DNA of 63,875 bases, the filler included, from Rozella allomycis CSF55 (lineage: Eukaryota), in the NCBI GenBank assembly GCA_000442015.1. It is 9 parts of 9 records of this genome, joined end to end, with 100 filler letters (N's around TTAATTAATTAA, not from the genome) between each part and the next. Parts side by side here need not be neighbours in the genome. Positions count along the whole stretch, not along the records: positions 37,493 to 48,301 come from KE561186.1; positions 48,402 to 50,390 come from KE561188.1; positions 50,491 to 61,284 come from KE561189.1; 6 more parts are not named here. One strand, written 5' to 3'. This document shows positions 39,451 through 52,205 of the stretch, one piece after another. The notes below the pieces were generated by a model. That model was not told where the DNA came from. It ran no database searches and worked only from the letters and a program-made list of their open reading frames with translations. Every line of letters begins with the position of its first letter. The stretch's first letter is position 1. Both the position numbers and the translations under genes were made by a program.

Positions 39451-39733
39451 GTTATTGTCGTAAAGCATCTGTTCATTCGGTGGCTCTGTTAAGATTCTGT
39501 TTGTGTAGTTTCGAAATGCCTATTGCCATTCGGGAGGTATGGGTGAGTACTTAGAAAATTTTTGGCTCTAGTTTTCAGTTTTTACCAACTCCCCAACATC
39601 CTACCAGTTGATTTAGTATCATCCAAAAGTCCTTTGCCTAGCGAATCATCAAGTCCCAACACTTTAAGTGGATCAATTGATGGTCCAGATCAAATATAAG
39701 GCAACTTCATCATGTTGTCATTATTCTCGTTAT

Positions 39734-40273
39734 GGGCCTGTTTCAAGATGCCCTGCTCCGCCTACGCTTAAATTTGTTTTTGTAATTTTTTGATTCATGT
39801 CAGTTTGTGAATTTGCTCCGCTAAGATTAAAAGCAAAACGGTAACTATTTAATTACGGTGAAAAGATTTTTTTAACACAATAAATGGTCAACAATAATAT
39901 TTTATTAAAATTTTCTTATTTATTTAACGTTTAAATTCATTTTACAATGTTTGCTAAAATAGTGCATTGTGATCTTCTTTTATTGCGGCTCCAATTAGAT
40001 AAATAGGAAGTTTACAGGTTCAACCTAAGATATTTGACTTTTAGATGGCCTAAAGTGCCAAAACATTATTTAACATGGTTTTGTAATATTTTAACTCGAA
40101 TGGATTAAAAAAATTTTAAAAAAGAGAAAGCGTTCATGCTCCGCTTTTGTGGCGGAGATGATTTTGGTCCGCTAGAAAGCGGAGACAAATTTCTTAAATT
40201 ATTTTAGAAATTTATGGAATGACCCCTGTCTTACAGGGGTAAAAGCCTAGACGGAGCAACTTGAAACAGGCCC
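39734..40273. mobile_element. Non-autonomous PIF/Harbinger-type TIR element (MITE, about 540 bp)
   Basis: 14-bp perfect TIR GGGCCTGTTTCAAG ... CTTGAAACAGGCCC; flanks TAT/TGT; AT-rich noncoding interior. Confidence 0.8.
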
Positions 40274-40293
40274 TGTATATATATATATTTCCT

Positions 40294-41428
40294 TTAGCCA
40301 AAGCCAACACCATTTATATCCGATTTATAGCTTGGAACATCGTTTCGCAAAATCACCTTGGGGTCCAACGGAGTCGATTTCTCCGCATTTTCCAAATTCG
40401 TGGCTTGGAGTAAATTTGCAATGAATTTTCTCTGTGAGATATATATTTCCTTCTTCTCCCTTTTTCTTTCTACGTGCAATCCTAAACAGTATTTAATCTC
40501 CCCTAAGTCAGTGGTTTGAAATTTCTTCTTAATAAGATCCTTATAATAAGCAATGACTGTCTTCTTAGCAACAATTACCAAATCGGCAACATAAATACTC
40601 ATGAAAGCATCTTTTGCAACATAAATGCAAGGATCGGCTGATGAAGGCTTGAATCCAAAGGAAAGTAGAAATTTGTGGAGTTCTTCAAACGTTTCTTTTG
40701 GAGACTAATGTTATCCACACAATGTCTTTCTGAGTCTCAGTAGATTATAATTACCTTTAAGGTTAATCCTTTGAGGTAGCTCCATATAAATGTCTTCTTT
40801 TAAAGATGGAATTAAGAAGGCTTTAACAATATCTAACTGATCAGCATCAATATCCAGAATTGCTGCTATTGCAAAGAGAACACGAAGAATCTTATATTTG
40901 GAGACTGGAGCGTACGTGTCAGTAAAGTCTTGTCCGATTACTTGAGAATATTCTTTAGCGACCAACTTAGCCTTGTAGTGCGCGACAGATCCATCATCGT
41001 TGCGTTTTTGGCGAAAGACCCAGCGAGATTTAATAGGTTTCCGACCAGATGGTAAATTAGCGTACTCAGATGTTTCATTCTTTTCTTTACTTTCCAGTTC
41101 ATCATTAACAGCGGCATACCACTGTTCAGCATCTGGGCAACCTTTTATGTCATCATAGTGATTGGCTCGTCGGGAAGTAGCAGACAGTGCGCAACGAAGC
41201 TTGATGGAGAAGCAGATGTAAATGTGGGTCGAGAGCGCTTAACATTCTGGGGAAAGACTGTCTTTATGCACACTGGACTAATGTGGGGACATGCTAGGTA
41301 CTTCAGGCAAGGCGGGAAAATCTATAACCACTGGATTTAGACTTTAAGAGTTATCGATGGAAGTTTGAATGTCATTCAAGTTTGAAGTTTGAGCTTGAGC
41401 TCGAGCTAGAGCTAGATCTTGGCTCTCA
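40294..41428 (-). mobile_element. Ty1/copia reverse transcriptase remnant
   Basis: YKAKLVAKEYSQVIGQDFTDTYAPV, QLDIVKAFL, IYMELP, ADPCIY, IYVADL, DLGEIKYCLG. Confidence 0.92.
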
Positions 41429-41431
41429 TTA

Positions 41432-42886
41432 GGGTCTGTTTCATGTTGCTACGTCTACGCCTCCGCTTTGAATTACGAAATTTATAGTTGCAAATATCTG
41501 TTTCATGTCCGGTTTATCTCTGCCCCGCTTTCATATATATTCGGACTCGCGAAAAACGAATTTATCATGATTTGAGGGCTTAACATAATAAAAAGGTTTA
41601 TAAACATTTAAGTAATATTCAATTTTTTGTTTTAATACATCCAAAGTATCTCCATTACAATTGTGAGCACTATGTTTGTGTAAGTAGAAAATTTTAAGCG
41701 TATTAATAAAATCATCCTTTCTTGCATCAAATATTTTGCGGCCTTTAAAATAAACTCAATAAATACAAAACAAACTAATTTTATGCAATTAANAAACTGA
41801 CTCATCTAGACGGAACAACTCCAGCCTAATATCCGTGTTAGCAACATCATTTCCCCCTGCACCCCTAACGAATTCGGGACTCCATCCGCGCCACCAATCG
41901 ACCTAGACCCCGGATAACTCTGTGAGTGCGCTTACTTGCCCTTGTCAAGAAGCAATGAACACTACGGTCTAATTGCAACTCAACAAAGCGTGCCTCTCCC
42001 GTATCCCCTTGAACAATATACTCCTCGTTGCCAGGTTTGCAGACTGTTGTTTCCACTAAAGGACAAATAAAATCACAAATCTTTAATACTCCTCATAAAA
42101 CAATATTTTATACAATAAAATTTGAATTTTCACTTTCACAAATATCTTCTTATTTTTATAAAGAAAAGAATAATCGACTTTTGAAATTACAAATTGAAAA
42201 AGGAGTAATTCTTGAGGATTAAAAATAAATGATATTTGAATTAGAAAAATACAAAACATAAGAACGAAATAGAAATAAATTATGAGTACAGAGCAAATGA
42301 TAATGAATATTGAAATTTGAAATTATGATTATAAATTGNGATTTTTATATAGAAGAGAAAAATCGACTTTTGAGATTACAAATTGAAAAAGGAGTTTCTT
42401 GAAGATTAAAAATAAATGATATTTGAATTAGAAAAATAGAAAACATAAGAACGAAAAAGAAATAAATTATGAGTGCAGAGCAAATGATAATGAATATTGA
42501 AATTTGAAATTATGATTAAAAATTCTAATGTATAAAAATTAAGATAGATGATAATTAATAATGGATAATAAAAAGAAAAACTTTGACANTGATGATAATT
42601 GATAATGGATAATAAAAAGAAAAACTCTGACATATTAAAGATTAAAAGAATTAAAGAAAACGGAGAACGAAATAAAAAATCATATCATCGTCTTGGTTCT
42701 AGAACACTTGAGGCGCAGGGAACAAAAGCCACCAAGATAAAAAATAGACTATCTTCAACGTGCACTATTTTGACCTTTTCAAGCAAAGCATCCCTCGTAC
42801 AACAAACCTATGTTATTCAAGTAAACTTACCGTTTGTTTNGTTCTGCAAGCGTCAAAGCAGAGACGGAGCAACATGAAACAGCCCC
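41432..42886. mobile_element. PIF/Harbinger-type element with 25-bp TIRs and TTA TSD
   Basis: TTA|gggtctgtttcatgttgctacgtct ... agacggagcaacatgaaacagcccc|TTA (23/25 match); the interior has single-n joins and a segment repeated at 47950-48301. Confidence 0.75.
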
Positions 42887-43729
42887 TTATCGGATGGACA
42901 GTCTATACAATCCGAGACATCAGTGTCAGTTTCCGTTCCCGTCCAGGCCTCGAGGTTGTGTTCATGCTGATCCTCATAATGAGACAATGATGTTAATGGA
43001 AAGGTTTGGTAAGCAAGATCTTCTTCTGTAACTTGAGTGGAGGAGTGAGTATGATACATTTCAGACAGGTTTTCAGTAATTTTTTCCGCTGCATACTTAC
43101 GTTCGTCAAATAAAAAATGGTTGGATTCCTTTTGGGTACAAATGACGTATCACGTTTAAAGAAACGGACACGTCAATACGCGTTGAAGCAGAACCAAGTC
43201 ATCGCACAGTGAGAAATTGTCATAAATATCAGGCACGGCAAGCGCGTTGTGGCGGGCACTATTTCAGAATTTCAGCAGTTAGCACCAATATCTGGCTTGA
43301 ATGATGAACCAATTAAGGAATGTGTATATCAAGCTGTCGATACCATTACCCACTGGAAGTTTTGTGGATGCTCCCGAGGCTATTTCTGAATTCTATGATT
43401 TGATAATGAAGTTTGATGAACTAAAAAAGCATTGTGATAAGATTTTTCGCAACAAGTTGACAATGCTTGCTGATAAAGCACCAATGATCTTAGATGCCAC
43501 GCGACAATTGATCACGATTGCCATTAAAACTTTGTAAACAGCAGCGTAGATGTCTTAAATGATTATTTCTCGTAATTGCTCTAATAGGTCTCGTAGGGAC
43601 ATAAAACAAAAAGACTGATTTTGTAATTAATGGAATCATTTCGATAAATTTAAAGTTGAAGCATTGGTAAACGTGAAGATCAGGGGAGCCAGGTATACGC
43701 ATATTTTTCCGCCAATCTTAACAACCATT

Positions 43730-44261
43730 GGGAATGCGCGACATTAACTTGCGCGCCAAAATTTGAATACGCAATTTCGAAAAGTACCAACTTGGGTGCC
43801 AAAATTTAATCCGAAATTTCGCAAAAAACAATATATTCATTCATTTGATATTTTACAGCGATATGTCGTACGATAAACGAGAAAGTGCTTACAAACTTTT
43901 TCCAGTATATACGTTCTTAAAAATACTCTTCCAAATGTTTTCTTGTGTTAGTGCCTTTCATTTTTAACATTTGTTTAACATTCTTTGATCTTTTTTTAAT
44001 AGAAGCTCGTAATCCATATCTAGCGCCCGAACGCCATGATATCCTGCCCATTCATCAACAATAACTTTTTTACCCATTCGTAATCTTTTTTTGTAATGAT
44101 TGGTGAGTGTCGCGGCGGTTCTGTCGGGCACAATTGAGTAAAAAGTGGAAGGTGTCATTGCCTTGTGTATTTCTCTCTATCCCACCAAAACTCCATAAGG
44201 CTTCCACCGCTCCGTCGATATCAAGAATGTTGGCCTTACCACCTTGTTGATGATTTGGCAC
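43730..44261 (-). mobile_element. Merlin/ISXO2-like (IS1595 family) transposase remnant
   Basis: WSFGGIERNT / VPDRTAATL..KKVIVDEWAGY / RKHLEEYF; two tandem aacttg.g.gccaaaattt subterminal-like repeats at about 43746-43821. Confidence 0.82.
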
Positions 44262-44639
44262 GTAAGTTTGAAAGTAATTGAATGGTTATTTCGCGGCAGA
44301 ACGATACTAATTTAATTCTCTTGCTGTGCACCCTGCAGTAGCCTTGGTGCTCCAATTGTAAATTAGTGATTTTTTATGACAAACTAGAATGTTCAAAGAA
44401 TGCTACATGTCTTGATGACAACCACCAACGATTCTGGAATTTCCATATTACGCCGTCTTGGCAATGGTGCTTTCATAAACAACATATGTCATTTTCTGAA
44501 ATACTCAAAATCCACAATGATTATATCTTATACTCAAAATCTACAGTGCATATCTCTTACCAAAAATACAATAATGAAACTGTTTCATTATTTAGAGTAA
44601 GTCACCAGCTGGAGCGCCAATTTTGTTTTTTACCAAAAT

Positions 44640-45405
44640 TACGGTTCTTTACAGTTAAGTGTGGATTACCGTAATTTACATAATACAAAAGTAAAAAATC
44701 GATACGACTTCCGCTCATTTCTGAACTTCGAAACGATTTTCATCTTCAAAGTTTATTACCAAATTGGGTTATATGGATGCATACAATTTAGTACGTGTTA
44801 ACGAGGAGAATCAATGGAGGACACTTGTTAGACCCCGTTATGGGCATTGTGAATACCGAGTCGTGCCTTTCGGCTCAACGAACGCTTCCGTGGTTTTCCA
44901 AAAAAAGATGCAAGAAATACTTAATGGCATAGGTGATGAATATACAATCATTTATCTTGGTGAAATTGTTATTTATGCAAAACATTTGACAGAACATCGA
45001 GTGAATTTGAGCAGGGTATTGGAACACTTACTAGAAACTAAACTTTACGTGAAGCTAGCAAATTGTTTATATGTAGTATTAAGTATTGATGCCTTTTTAC
45101 GTTATGCTATTACGTCCACAAACGCTCACACTTAATATAGATAAAACAATTTGTTATTCTTAAAATATTTTATTACGCGTAATGTTGCTAGCAGAATTGA
45201 GAAAAAGATTAAATCTTTATTATCTCGGAAGACTCCAAAGAAATGAAATAGTTCCAGCGATTAATGGTATTGCCAAAATTCAATGGAAAATCAATACCTG
45301 GCTATACTCGAATTTTGACTTCTTTAACTAATTTATTAACAAAGGATAGCAAATACATCTCGGATGCCGCTTGCGACGAAAGATTTTGTTATTTAAAAAA
45401 CAGTT
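44640..45405 (+). mobile_element. Ty3/gypsy RT remnant
   Basis: VDYRNL..KNRY, DAYNLVRV..YGHCEYRVVPFGSTNA..IYLGEIVIY. Confidence 0.9.
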
Positions 45406-46907
45406 TGTGAACGTCCATGTGTAATGAAATTTAACGCAGTGGTATCAAAATAAGGAATCTCATGACATCGTGTCCAAGCCTCTAACTAACACTATATATG
45501 AGAAATCCTTGTATTAATAAACGCTCGTTCTTTTTGATAGTCTTATATCTTTCCTACGTGTTCAGCATAATATGGATAATAATACTACCCCAAAAGAATC
45601 TGTCACCTACGCTGGCACTCTACTTCCAAAAGAGTACATACTGCACGGCCGCTCCAACTGGGACCATTTTCAATGGTTCTTTCCGCTATTCCTCTCAGAA
45701 CATGGATACTGGAACTCAACCATCAATAGTCCCACCACCTCCTGCAAGCCATTTACATTTACCAAGAACGGTCATTGTGAAACTACTGCCGACATTTAGA
45801 CGACATTACAAGAGGAATTCAATGGTTCTGATGTGAACGCCAAGATGAGATCTTTGAAAGACCTCATGGATCTAAGACCTATTTTGAATATTAAAACATC
45901 ATTACAAACATTTGATAGAGTGAAAAGAAGTTTCATTCCTGTCTTTGGAGACACCTATGGTCATCTTGTTGCACTTGTCTTTACTGAACGATTACCAACC
46001 GAGTACTGCATCCAACGTGCTCTTGCGTCTAACTCTACTATCCTCGACTTCAATGACCTCAAAGAACGCTTACTTACAAAATAGAAACGCTTACAACAAC
46101 TTTCACCTTCGTCCACTGAATTCGCTACCAAACAATCGTCCTCCCTTGCTGCGGTTACTTCAACTCTGTGTCCTCATAATCATGACTCATCCAAATGCTA
46201 GCATTGCTAACCTTCTGCTGCGCAATCGTTTAAAACTAGCAAAACTATGAATATTAACTTCTTACCGCTGTCCTCAACTTCAAATTAAGAAGAAGAAAAC
46301 CAAACTTAATGCTGTCACCTCTGATCTAACTTTTCGCATTGACTCTGGAGCCACTGACCACATCGTCACCAATAAAAAAGCCTTTTACTGCTACACCAAC
46401 TTTGTGTCATTGCCTAAGAACCTTAACATTCCTACCAAGGACGAGGTAACATCAATTTTGAAACTCCAACTCTCACCGTAGAATTTTGATAGTCCTGCCA
46501 ACTACTTCGAGGATAGCTGAAGTGGCCTACTTCAAGCTATAATCCGAAGANGTCCTCTAGGCGTACCAACTAAAGCATCAAGACCAGGCGAGGCAGTTCA
46601 TATTGATGTTTGCGGTCCCTTATCTTCTCTAACCTATCATGGATTCAAATATTTTATTACCTTTACTGATGATTATTCAAGATATGTAACAGTTCTTCTT
46701 CTTAAAGCAAATTCGGATGCGTTTGATGCATACCGACAATATTCAACAAGAGTTTTCAATCTTTTCGATCGTCATATTTCTTTTGCACATTTTGACAACG
46801 GTGCATTATTATTTAATCAAATGAAAGAACTTTGTTTACAAAATGGAACTCAAATTTAAACAACGACTTCTTATACACCTCAACAAAATGGAATAGCTGA
46901 AAGACTA
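45406..46907 (+). mobile_element. Ty1/copia element (putative ~160-bp LTR, gag, protease, integrase) inserted into the gypsy RT
   Basis: TG(T)GAAC...GTTCA(GCA) ends with TATA and AATAAA; SNWDHFQW gag, FRIDSGATDH, VHIDVCGP..FTDDYSRY, TPQQNGIAERL. Confidence 0.85.
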
Positions 46908-47838
46908 CCGTAATTCGAAAAAAAGTTGAGACTGCTGCGGAATTTTTACCCATGTCGTTTTCTTGTACATTTTGAAGAAACAAAAAATGTTATCAAATCA
47001 AGATGGCGAAATCAGTTTTATTAAGAGCAATATATTTTTGACTATTGTTGGGATTTCTAGAGGCACCAATGGGTGGAGTTGCTCCATTCATGAAACTGGT
47101 GGAATGGAGCTTCAGCTTGGTCAGATAATAGTATGCGAATTGGCTTATATAAGAAACGGTAACGCCTTATACTGGATTAATTTAGAGCGACCAGGAAAAT
47201 CAATAGAAAAGGTGGTAAAAATAAGAACTATATAGGAAGGAGAACTTTTATGTCACGTTAGATATTTGTCATCCCAACATGGATCTCATTTTGATCAATT
47301 GCATGGCAAATTTTTTCAAGTCGTAGAAATTAATCGTGGCAGTTGGGAATCAAGGAAAGAATGCGGAACAGCGAAATGTGTCCTACTGAAATGAGAAGCT
47401 AATAAAATGAATTTTATTTTTTATTTTTTAATACCTTAATAATTAGGTAAATCCACATTTTCTCCATGAGTTCTGTATGGTTTCAGCCGATATTCTCTGT
47501 GATGCATTCACTACCCGGTTGACCATTATCTCTCTTTCTTGAGCTGGTGTAAGACGGTTCAAATTGTTACTACGAATGGCCAAGTTTTTTCCACCCAGTC
47601 CTGACGACAGTAATCCTTGAATGGTTTGTTGCAACCAACATCCAATGGCTGCAACACTGAAGTCATATTGCTGGGAAGGAAAAGAGCTGTTATATTCTTT
47701 TCATTTAACAATGCCGCTACCTCTGGAGTCTTATGAGCACTAAAATTGTCCATGATGAGAAGACATCGACGATTGTTTGCATATGGCAAAAGCACTTTGT
47801 TTATCCAATTAAGCATCTCAAATGTGTCAACATAAGCT
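46908..47838 (-). mobile_element. pogo-like (DDE_1) transposon, one end at TA|CCGTA
   Basis: LLIMDNFSAHKT..LFLPSNMTSVLQPLDVGCNKPFK..IQNSWRKCG; the copia integrase frame breaks exactly at TA 46906-46907. Confidence 0.85.
46987..47394 (+). pseudogene. 135-codon ORF with one internal stop inside the pogo element
   Basis: A single frame runs ..IVGISRGTNGWSCSIHETGG..KIRTI*EGELLCHVRYL..HGKFFQVVE..CGTAKCVLLK*, followed by AATAAA. Confidence 0.55.
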
Positions 47839-47948
47839 NNNNNNNNNNNNNNNNNNNNNNNNNNNNNNNNNNNNNNNNNNNNNNNNNNNNNNNNNNNNNN
47901 NNNNNNNNNNNNNNNNNNNNNNNNNNNNNNNNNNNNNNNNNNNNNNNN
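47839..47948. other. Assembly gap (110 N)
   Basis: N run without the linker motif. Confidence 0.97.
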
Positions 47949-48419
47949 ATCTCCAACTCAACAAAGCGTGCCTCTCCTGTATCCCCTTGAACAATATATT
48001 CCTCCTTGCCAGGCTGGCAGACCTGTTGTTTCCACTAAAGGACAAAACAAATCACAAATCTTAAATACTCTTCCTAAAAACAATATTTTATACAATAAAA
48101 TTTGAATTTTCACTGTCACAAATATCTTCTTATTTTTATATAGAAAAATCGACTTTTGAAATTACAAATTGAAAAAGGAGTTTCTTGAAGATTAAAAATA
48201 AATGATATTTGAATTAGAAAAATAGAAAACATAAGAACGAAAAAGAAATAAATTATGAGTGCAGAGCAAATGATAATGAATATTGAAATTTGAAATTATG
48301 ANNNNNNNNNNNNNNNNNNNNNNNNNNNNNNNNNNNNNNNNNNNNTTAATTAATTAANNNNNNNNNNNNNNNNNNNNNNNNNNNNNNNNNNNNNNNNNNN
48401 NCTTCTCATTTATTAAATC

Positions 48420-49981
48420 TTCTTTGGAATCTATTCTGACATGTTAATGCATTACCTATTGTGAGATTTATTCTTTCGACTAATCCATCGCTTGATAGTT
48501 GATAGGCGGAAACAGTGTGATGATGTGCTTGCCATTCTCAGAAGAAACAGTCGACGGTCTAGGATAACGACAAAGCCATTCAGTGTCAAATTTTCTCGCT
48601 GTCTCCTGTGCCGTCAAAGTTTTCAAGGGATTTAATTCGACCCATCTTGTACAAACATCAACACAAACCAATATATAACTGAATCATTCTTCGCCTTCTT
48701 CAACTAACTCAACGTTCTCATCAGTGTGCTTCAAGGGTCCAAAAATATCTATCGCGACTTGTGCAACGGAACATTCGACAAAATAACAACATCGGTCTCC
48801 AATTTTCTATATTGTTTGTTTGATGGTTTTGCTCGTCGACAGTCTTCGCAATTTGCACAGAAGTGTGAAATACCATTGAACATGCTTTTCCACTAAACAA
48901 AAAGCGTCAATGTATAATATAATTTATTGCTGCCTGGATGAATTAAGACATCATAAAGAAAATCGCGGACCTTATATGTGTGATTAGCAGGGATAATGGC
49001 GACACCTGTCGTTGTGCGCATGACCTCGTCTGTCAATCTTGGACTTGACGTGACTTGTATATATTCTCATCAGTTTTCTACATATTAAGATAACAACATC
49101 TTGACAACCAATCAGCTTCTACTCCAGCAATGTGATTGAAAGGAACATTGTATTAATCAATTATAAGTTTCCAACGTTGAACTATTCCTAATTTTGATCC
49201 CGTAAGAAATTCTAAGTTTGAATGATCAGTAGAAACCCCTATTTCACACCCGAAAATCATTGTTTTCATATCGTGAAGTGCCCATACTATGGCCAGACAT
49301 TCGTGTTCGGTAACAGTATAATAATGTTGAGCAGGATTCAGTTCTCGGCCAAAGAGGTGTAATGGGCGACCATTACACCTCTTTAGCCCAAGACGTACCG
49401 CCCCAACGGCATACTCACTCGCGTCATAGTAAAGATCAAACGGCTTGGAGTAATCAGGGTGCCAATTTCCCTTTATGTATTAGTTCATCAAAAATTTTAG
49501 TAGATTTGACATATCATCGTTCCAGTGAAAGTTGCTTCCTATCTTGGTCATATTGGTAAACATGGCGGTTTGCGCGCTTTAATTGGGAATCATGTTTCGA
49601 TTAATATTGAGAAATCCTAGTATTGATCTGAGTTCCTTCACACTGCTTGGCATTGATACATTTTTGGCAACATTGTTAATTCTTTCGGCGAGTGATAGAT
49701 TCGGTGGAAATGGTCATACCAAAATATTCCAGTTTAAATTCAAAAAACGTTGACTTTTCCTGACTAATTGGCGTCCTTGAGTTTCTGAAATACCTTATAC
49801 CAACTGTAAATGCATCAATTGCTCTTCGGGATTTTCGCTCACGACTATTCATGTACACGCGGACAAATTAAAACTCCGACATAAGGTCAGACATAATTTT
49901 CTGAAAGATCATCGGCGCTGGCGCAATTCCAAATGGGAATCGAAAAAAATCATATTGACCAAAGGGTAGGACAAATTTAGT
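48420..49981 (-). mobile_element. Degenerate Ty3/gypsy pol (RT, RNase H, integrase)
   Basis: PFGQY..FPFGIAPAP, YYTVTEHECLAIV, STDHSNL, HPGSNKL, VDVCTRWVEL..WLCRYPRP. Confidence 0.9.
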
Positions 49982-50135
49982 TGTTGAGTTACACAAGCTA
50001 ATCTTGGATGCAATCATCAAAGGTTATGTTTTTGAAACGAAATCATAGATGGAGATTACTTTTATTGCTTTATCATTTTTACTAAATAAATTTTAACCCT
50101 GGCTCTAAAAGTTTTCGTTTCTATCTAGTTCAACA
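49982..50135 (+). repeat. Short LTR, copy 2 (complete, 154 bp), followed by a gag fragment to 50390
   Basis: TGTTGA...TCAACA terminal inverted ends; the gypsy RT frame stops at its 5' edge. Confidence 0.85.
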
Positions 50136-51102
50136 CAGAAACACAGAATAAAGTTTGAAACTCCCAAGCCGTTAGCAAAGTATGGAAAGGCCGCCTTTCG
50201 CGGTCATAAGCTCAAAATTCTTGACTTCTTTGGTGCCGATGGACTTCGATATTTTTTACGTGACGATTTCAAACCTCTGGAAGTTCCTGTTTTACTAGAC
50301 GTTCCCGCTGCCGTTCCGCCAAAAGCTAACGACAAGGACTACGCTAACAGGCTGCAAGTTTACCAAAAGAGTTGCCAAATCTATGGTCATNNNNNNNNNN
50401 NNNNNNNNNNNNNNNNNNNNNNNNNNNNNNNNNNTTAATTAATTAANNNNNNNNNNNNNNNNNNNNNNNNNNNNNNNNNNNNNNNNNNNNTTATCGTAAC
50501 AGTACAAAATTCGGAAATATTCGAAATTCGAAAATATTCGGAAAAACCTACTTTTTTCCAATTTAGTTTTTGATTTAATCATTTTCATTTAATCTGCTCT
50601 GTGATTTTTCAATTGATATTTGTTGCCAACTTGCCATATATTCTCTAATTTCTTAACTCTTTCTTTTTTCAACTCCAAAACATCCGCCACCTATATCTCA
50701 ACAGCTACCTTTACTATATGGACTGAAAAATATTACATGGTATATCGAGTGTTCAACTTGGCCCTTCCAAACTTCCGCCACCTATATCTCAACAGCTACC
50801 TTTACTANTGATATTTTGGGGGTTTCTTCAACATGTATTTATATGAACTTTCAGGAATAGTCACTAGAAGCAGTATTATGTATTTGAAATTCAAAAANAG
50901 TCCGGGTCTCATATTACCCGTAGGGCTCCGCAACAAACAAACACAAATACTAGAATGAAAGAAAGTTAGAATGTTCTAGTTGACAAATGTTTGTAGAACA
51001 AATACCTTTGGTATTTGTTTGTTTTGTGNATATAACACATTTTTCAGATTATTGTCAAAAATGATTTTATTAACTCATTTTGTTTTATCCATATGTTTTA
51101 GT

Positions 51103-52071
51103 TTATCCAATCCAAGTACGACCTTTTACGCGCTCTTTGACAGCAGCGTATATAGGCCAATAATTTCTCGCGTACAATTGTTCTACTGAAATCATAACAG
51201 GATACTTAGCGACAATATTATTATCCATTTTATGTCTCCTCATGAGATACATGGGCCCAAAAATAATGCAACAACAAGAAAGTACGCAGAGGCATCGTAC
51301 AAATGAACTGTTTGCGAGAGCAGACATATCCGAAGCAGAAAGTACTTTAATTTTGTCGCCATTTGTAGAAACATGAACATCAACTTTCCTTGTAAACCCA
51401 GAAAAACGAATAACATTGTAGACCATATCCACTACACTTCTTACATCCCATTCAATTTTTTTTCTAATACAAATTTGTTTAAGACTATTTTTGCTAGATG
51501 AATATGTTTCAAGAATATCGTTGAAGCGTTGGTAGCGCCCATCTTTCTCTGGAATTACAGCAATGGCGCTCCACTGTTTTTGAACGTAAGGAGACACATC
51601 AATAGAAAATGAGAAATCGATAACTTTGACTTCTTTTGCTCTTGTTTCGAATTGTGTATTTCCATGAGCATCTTTGACTGAAACCTGCACGTATTCTGTT
51701 TCCATGTGATATCCTTCAGCATGGATGCAAGCGGTTGGAGAACTTGAAAGATGTGTGAGAAAGAAACGCCAAAGTTCATCCTTGTTAGATTCGAGAAGGG
51801 GATCTTTTGAATAAATGTCGCCGCCATTTTCGATCTTGTACTTGGCGTGTGACGGTGTCCATGGAGGGCAAGTATGGGGATAGATAATATAATCGCTTGG
51901 GACAGAATCGAATACGAATGCTTCTGGAGGTGGTGCAGTTGGCTCGTAGGACTCAAAATTAGAGGCGACTTGACCAAAAGAGGGTGGAGGTTGACTTTCA
52001 GATGCACATGCTGAGTTAGAATAGTTCTCTGTTTTTACAGCATCGCTGACGGGTGCTACATATGAGTTCAT
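51103..52071 (-). CDS. Conserved-looking hypothetical protein (Pro-rich N-terminus, C-terminal Cys-rich hydrophobic helix)
   Basis: 322-aa open ORF in the gene island; GYHME..IDFSFSIDVS and K.IEWD motifs; function not recognised. Confidence 0.75.
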   Translation of the reverse strand: MNSYVAPVSDAVKTENYSNSACASESQPPPSFGQVASNFESYEPTAPPPEAFVFDSVPSDYIIYPHTCPPWTPSHAKYKIENGGDIYSKDPLLESNKDELWRFFLTHLSSSPTACIHAEGYHMETEYVQVSVKDAHGNTQFETRAKEVKVIDFSFSIDVSPYVQKQWSAIAVIPEKDGRYQRFNDILETYSSSKNSLKQICIRKKIEWDVRSVVDMVYNVIRFSGFTRKVDVHVSTNGDKIKVLSASDMSALANSSFVRCLCVLSCCCIIFGPMYLMRRHKMDNNIVAKYPVMISVEQLYARNYWPIYAAVKERVKGRTWIG

Positions 52072-52205
52072 TATTTCTGGCGGCGCAGTGGTGGCTAGGA
52101 ATAGAAAGATATTTATACAATGAGCTATTTATATCAAAAAGTTATTTTTAACTTTAATAATGATAAATGTTATTTAAATATTAATCGCGACCAATCTTAC
52201 TTTGG

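Noticed and set aside
41388-41420. Hexamer run ttgagc/tcgagc/tagagc
   Set aside because: Low-complexity coding linker within the copia pol; no sign of separate function
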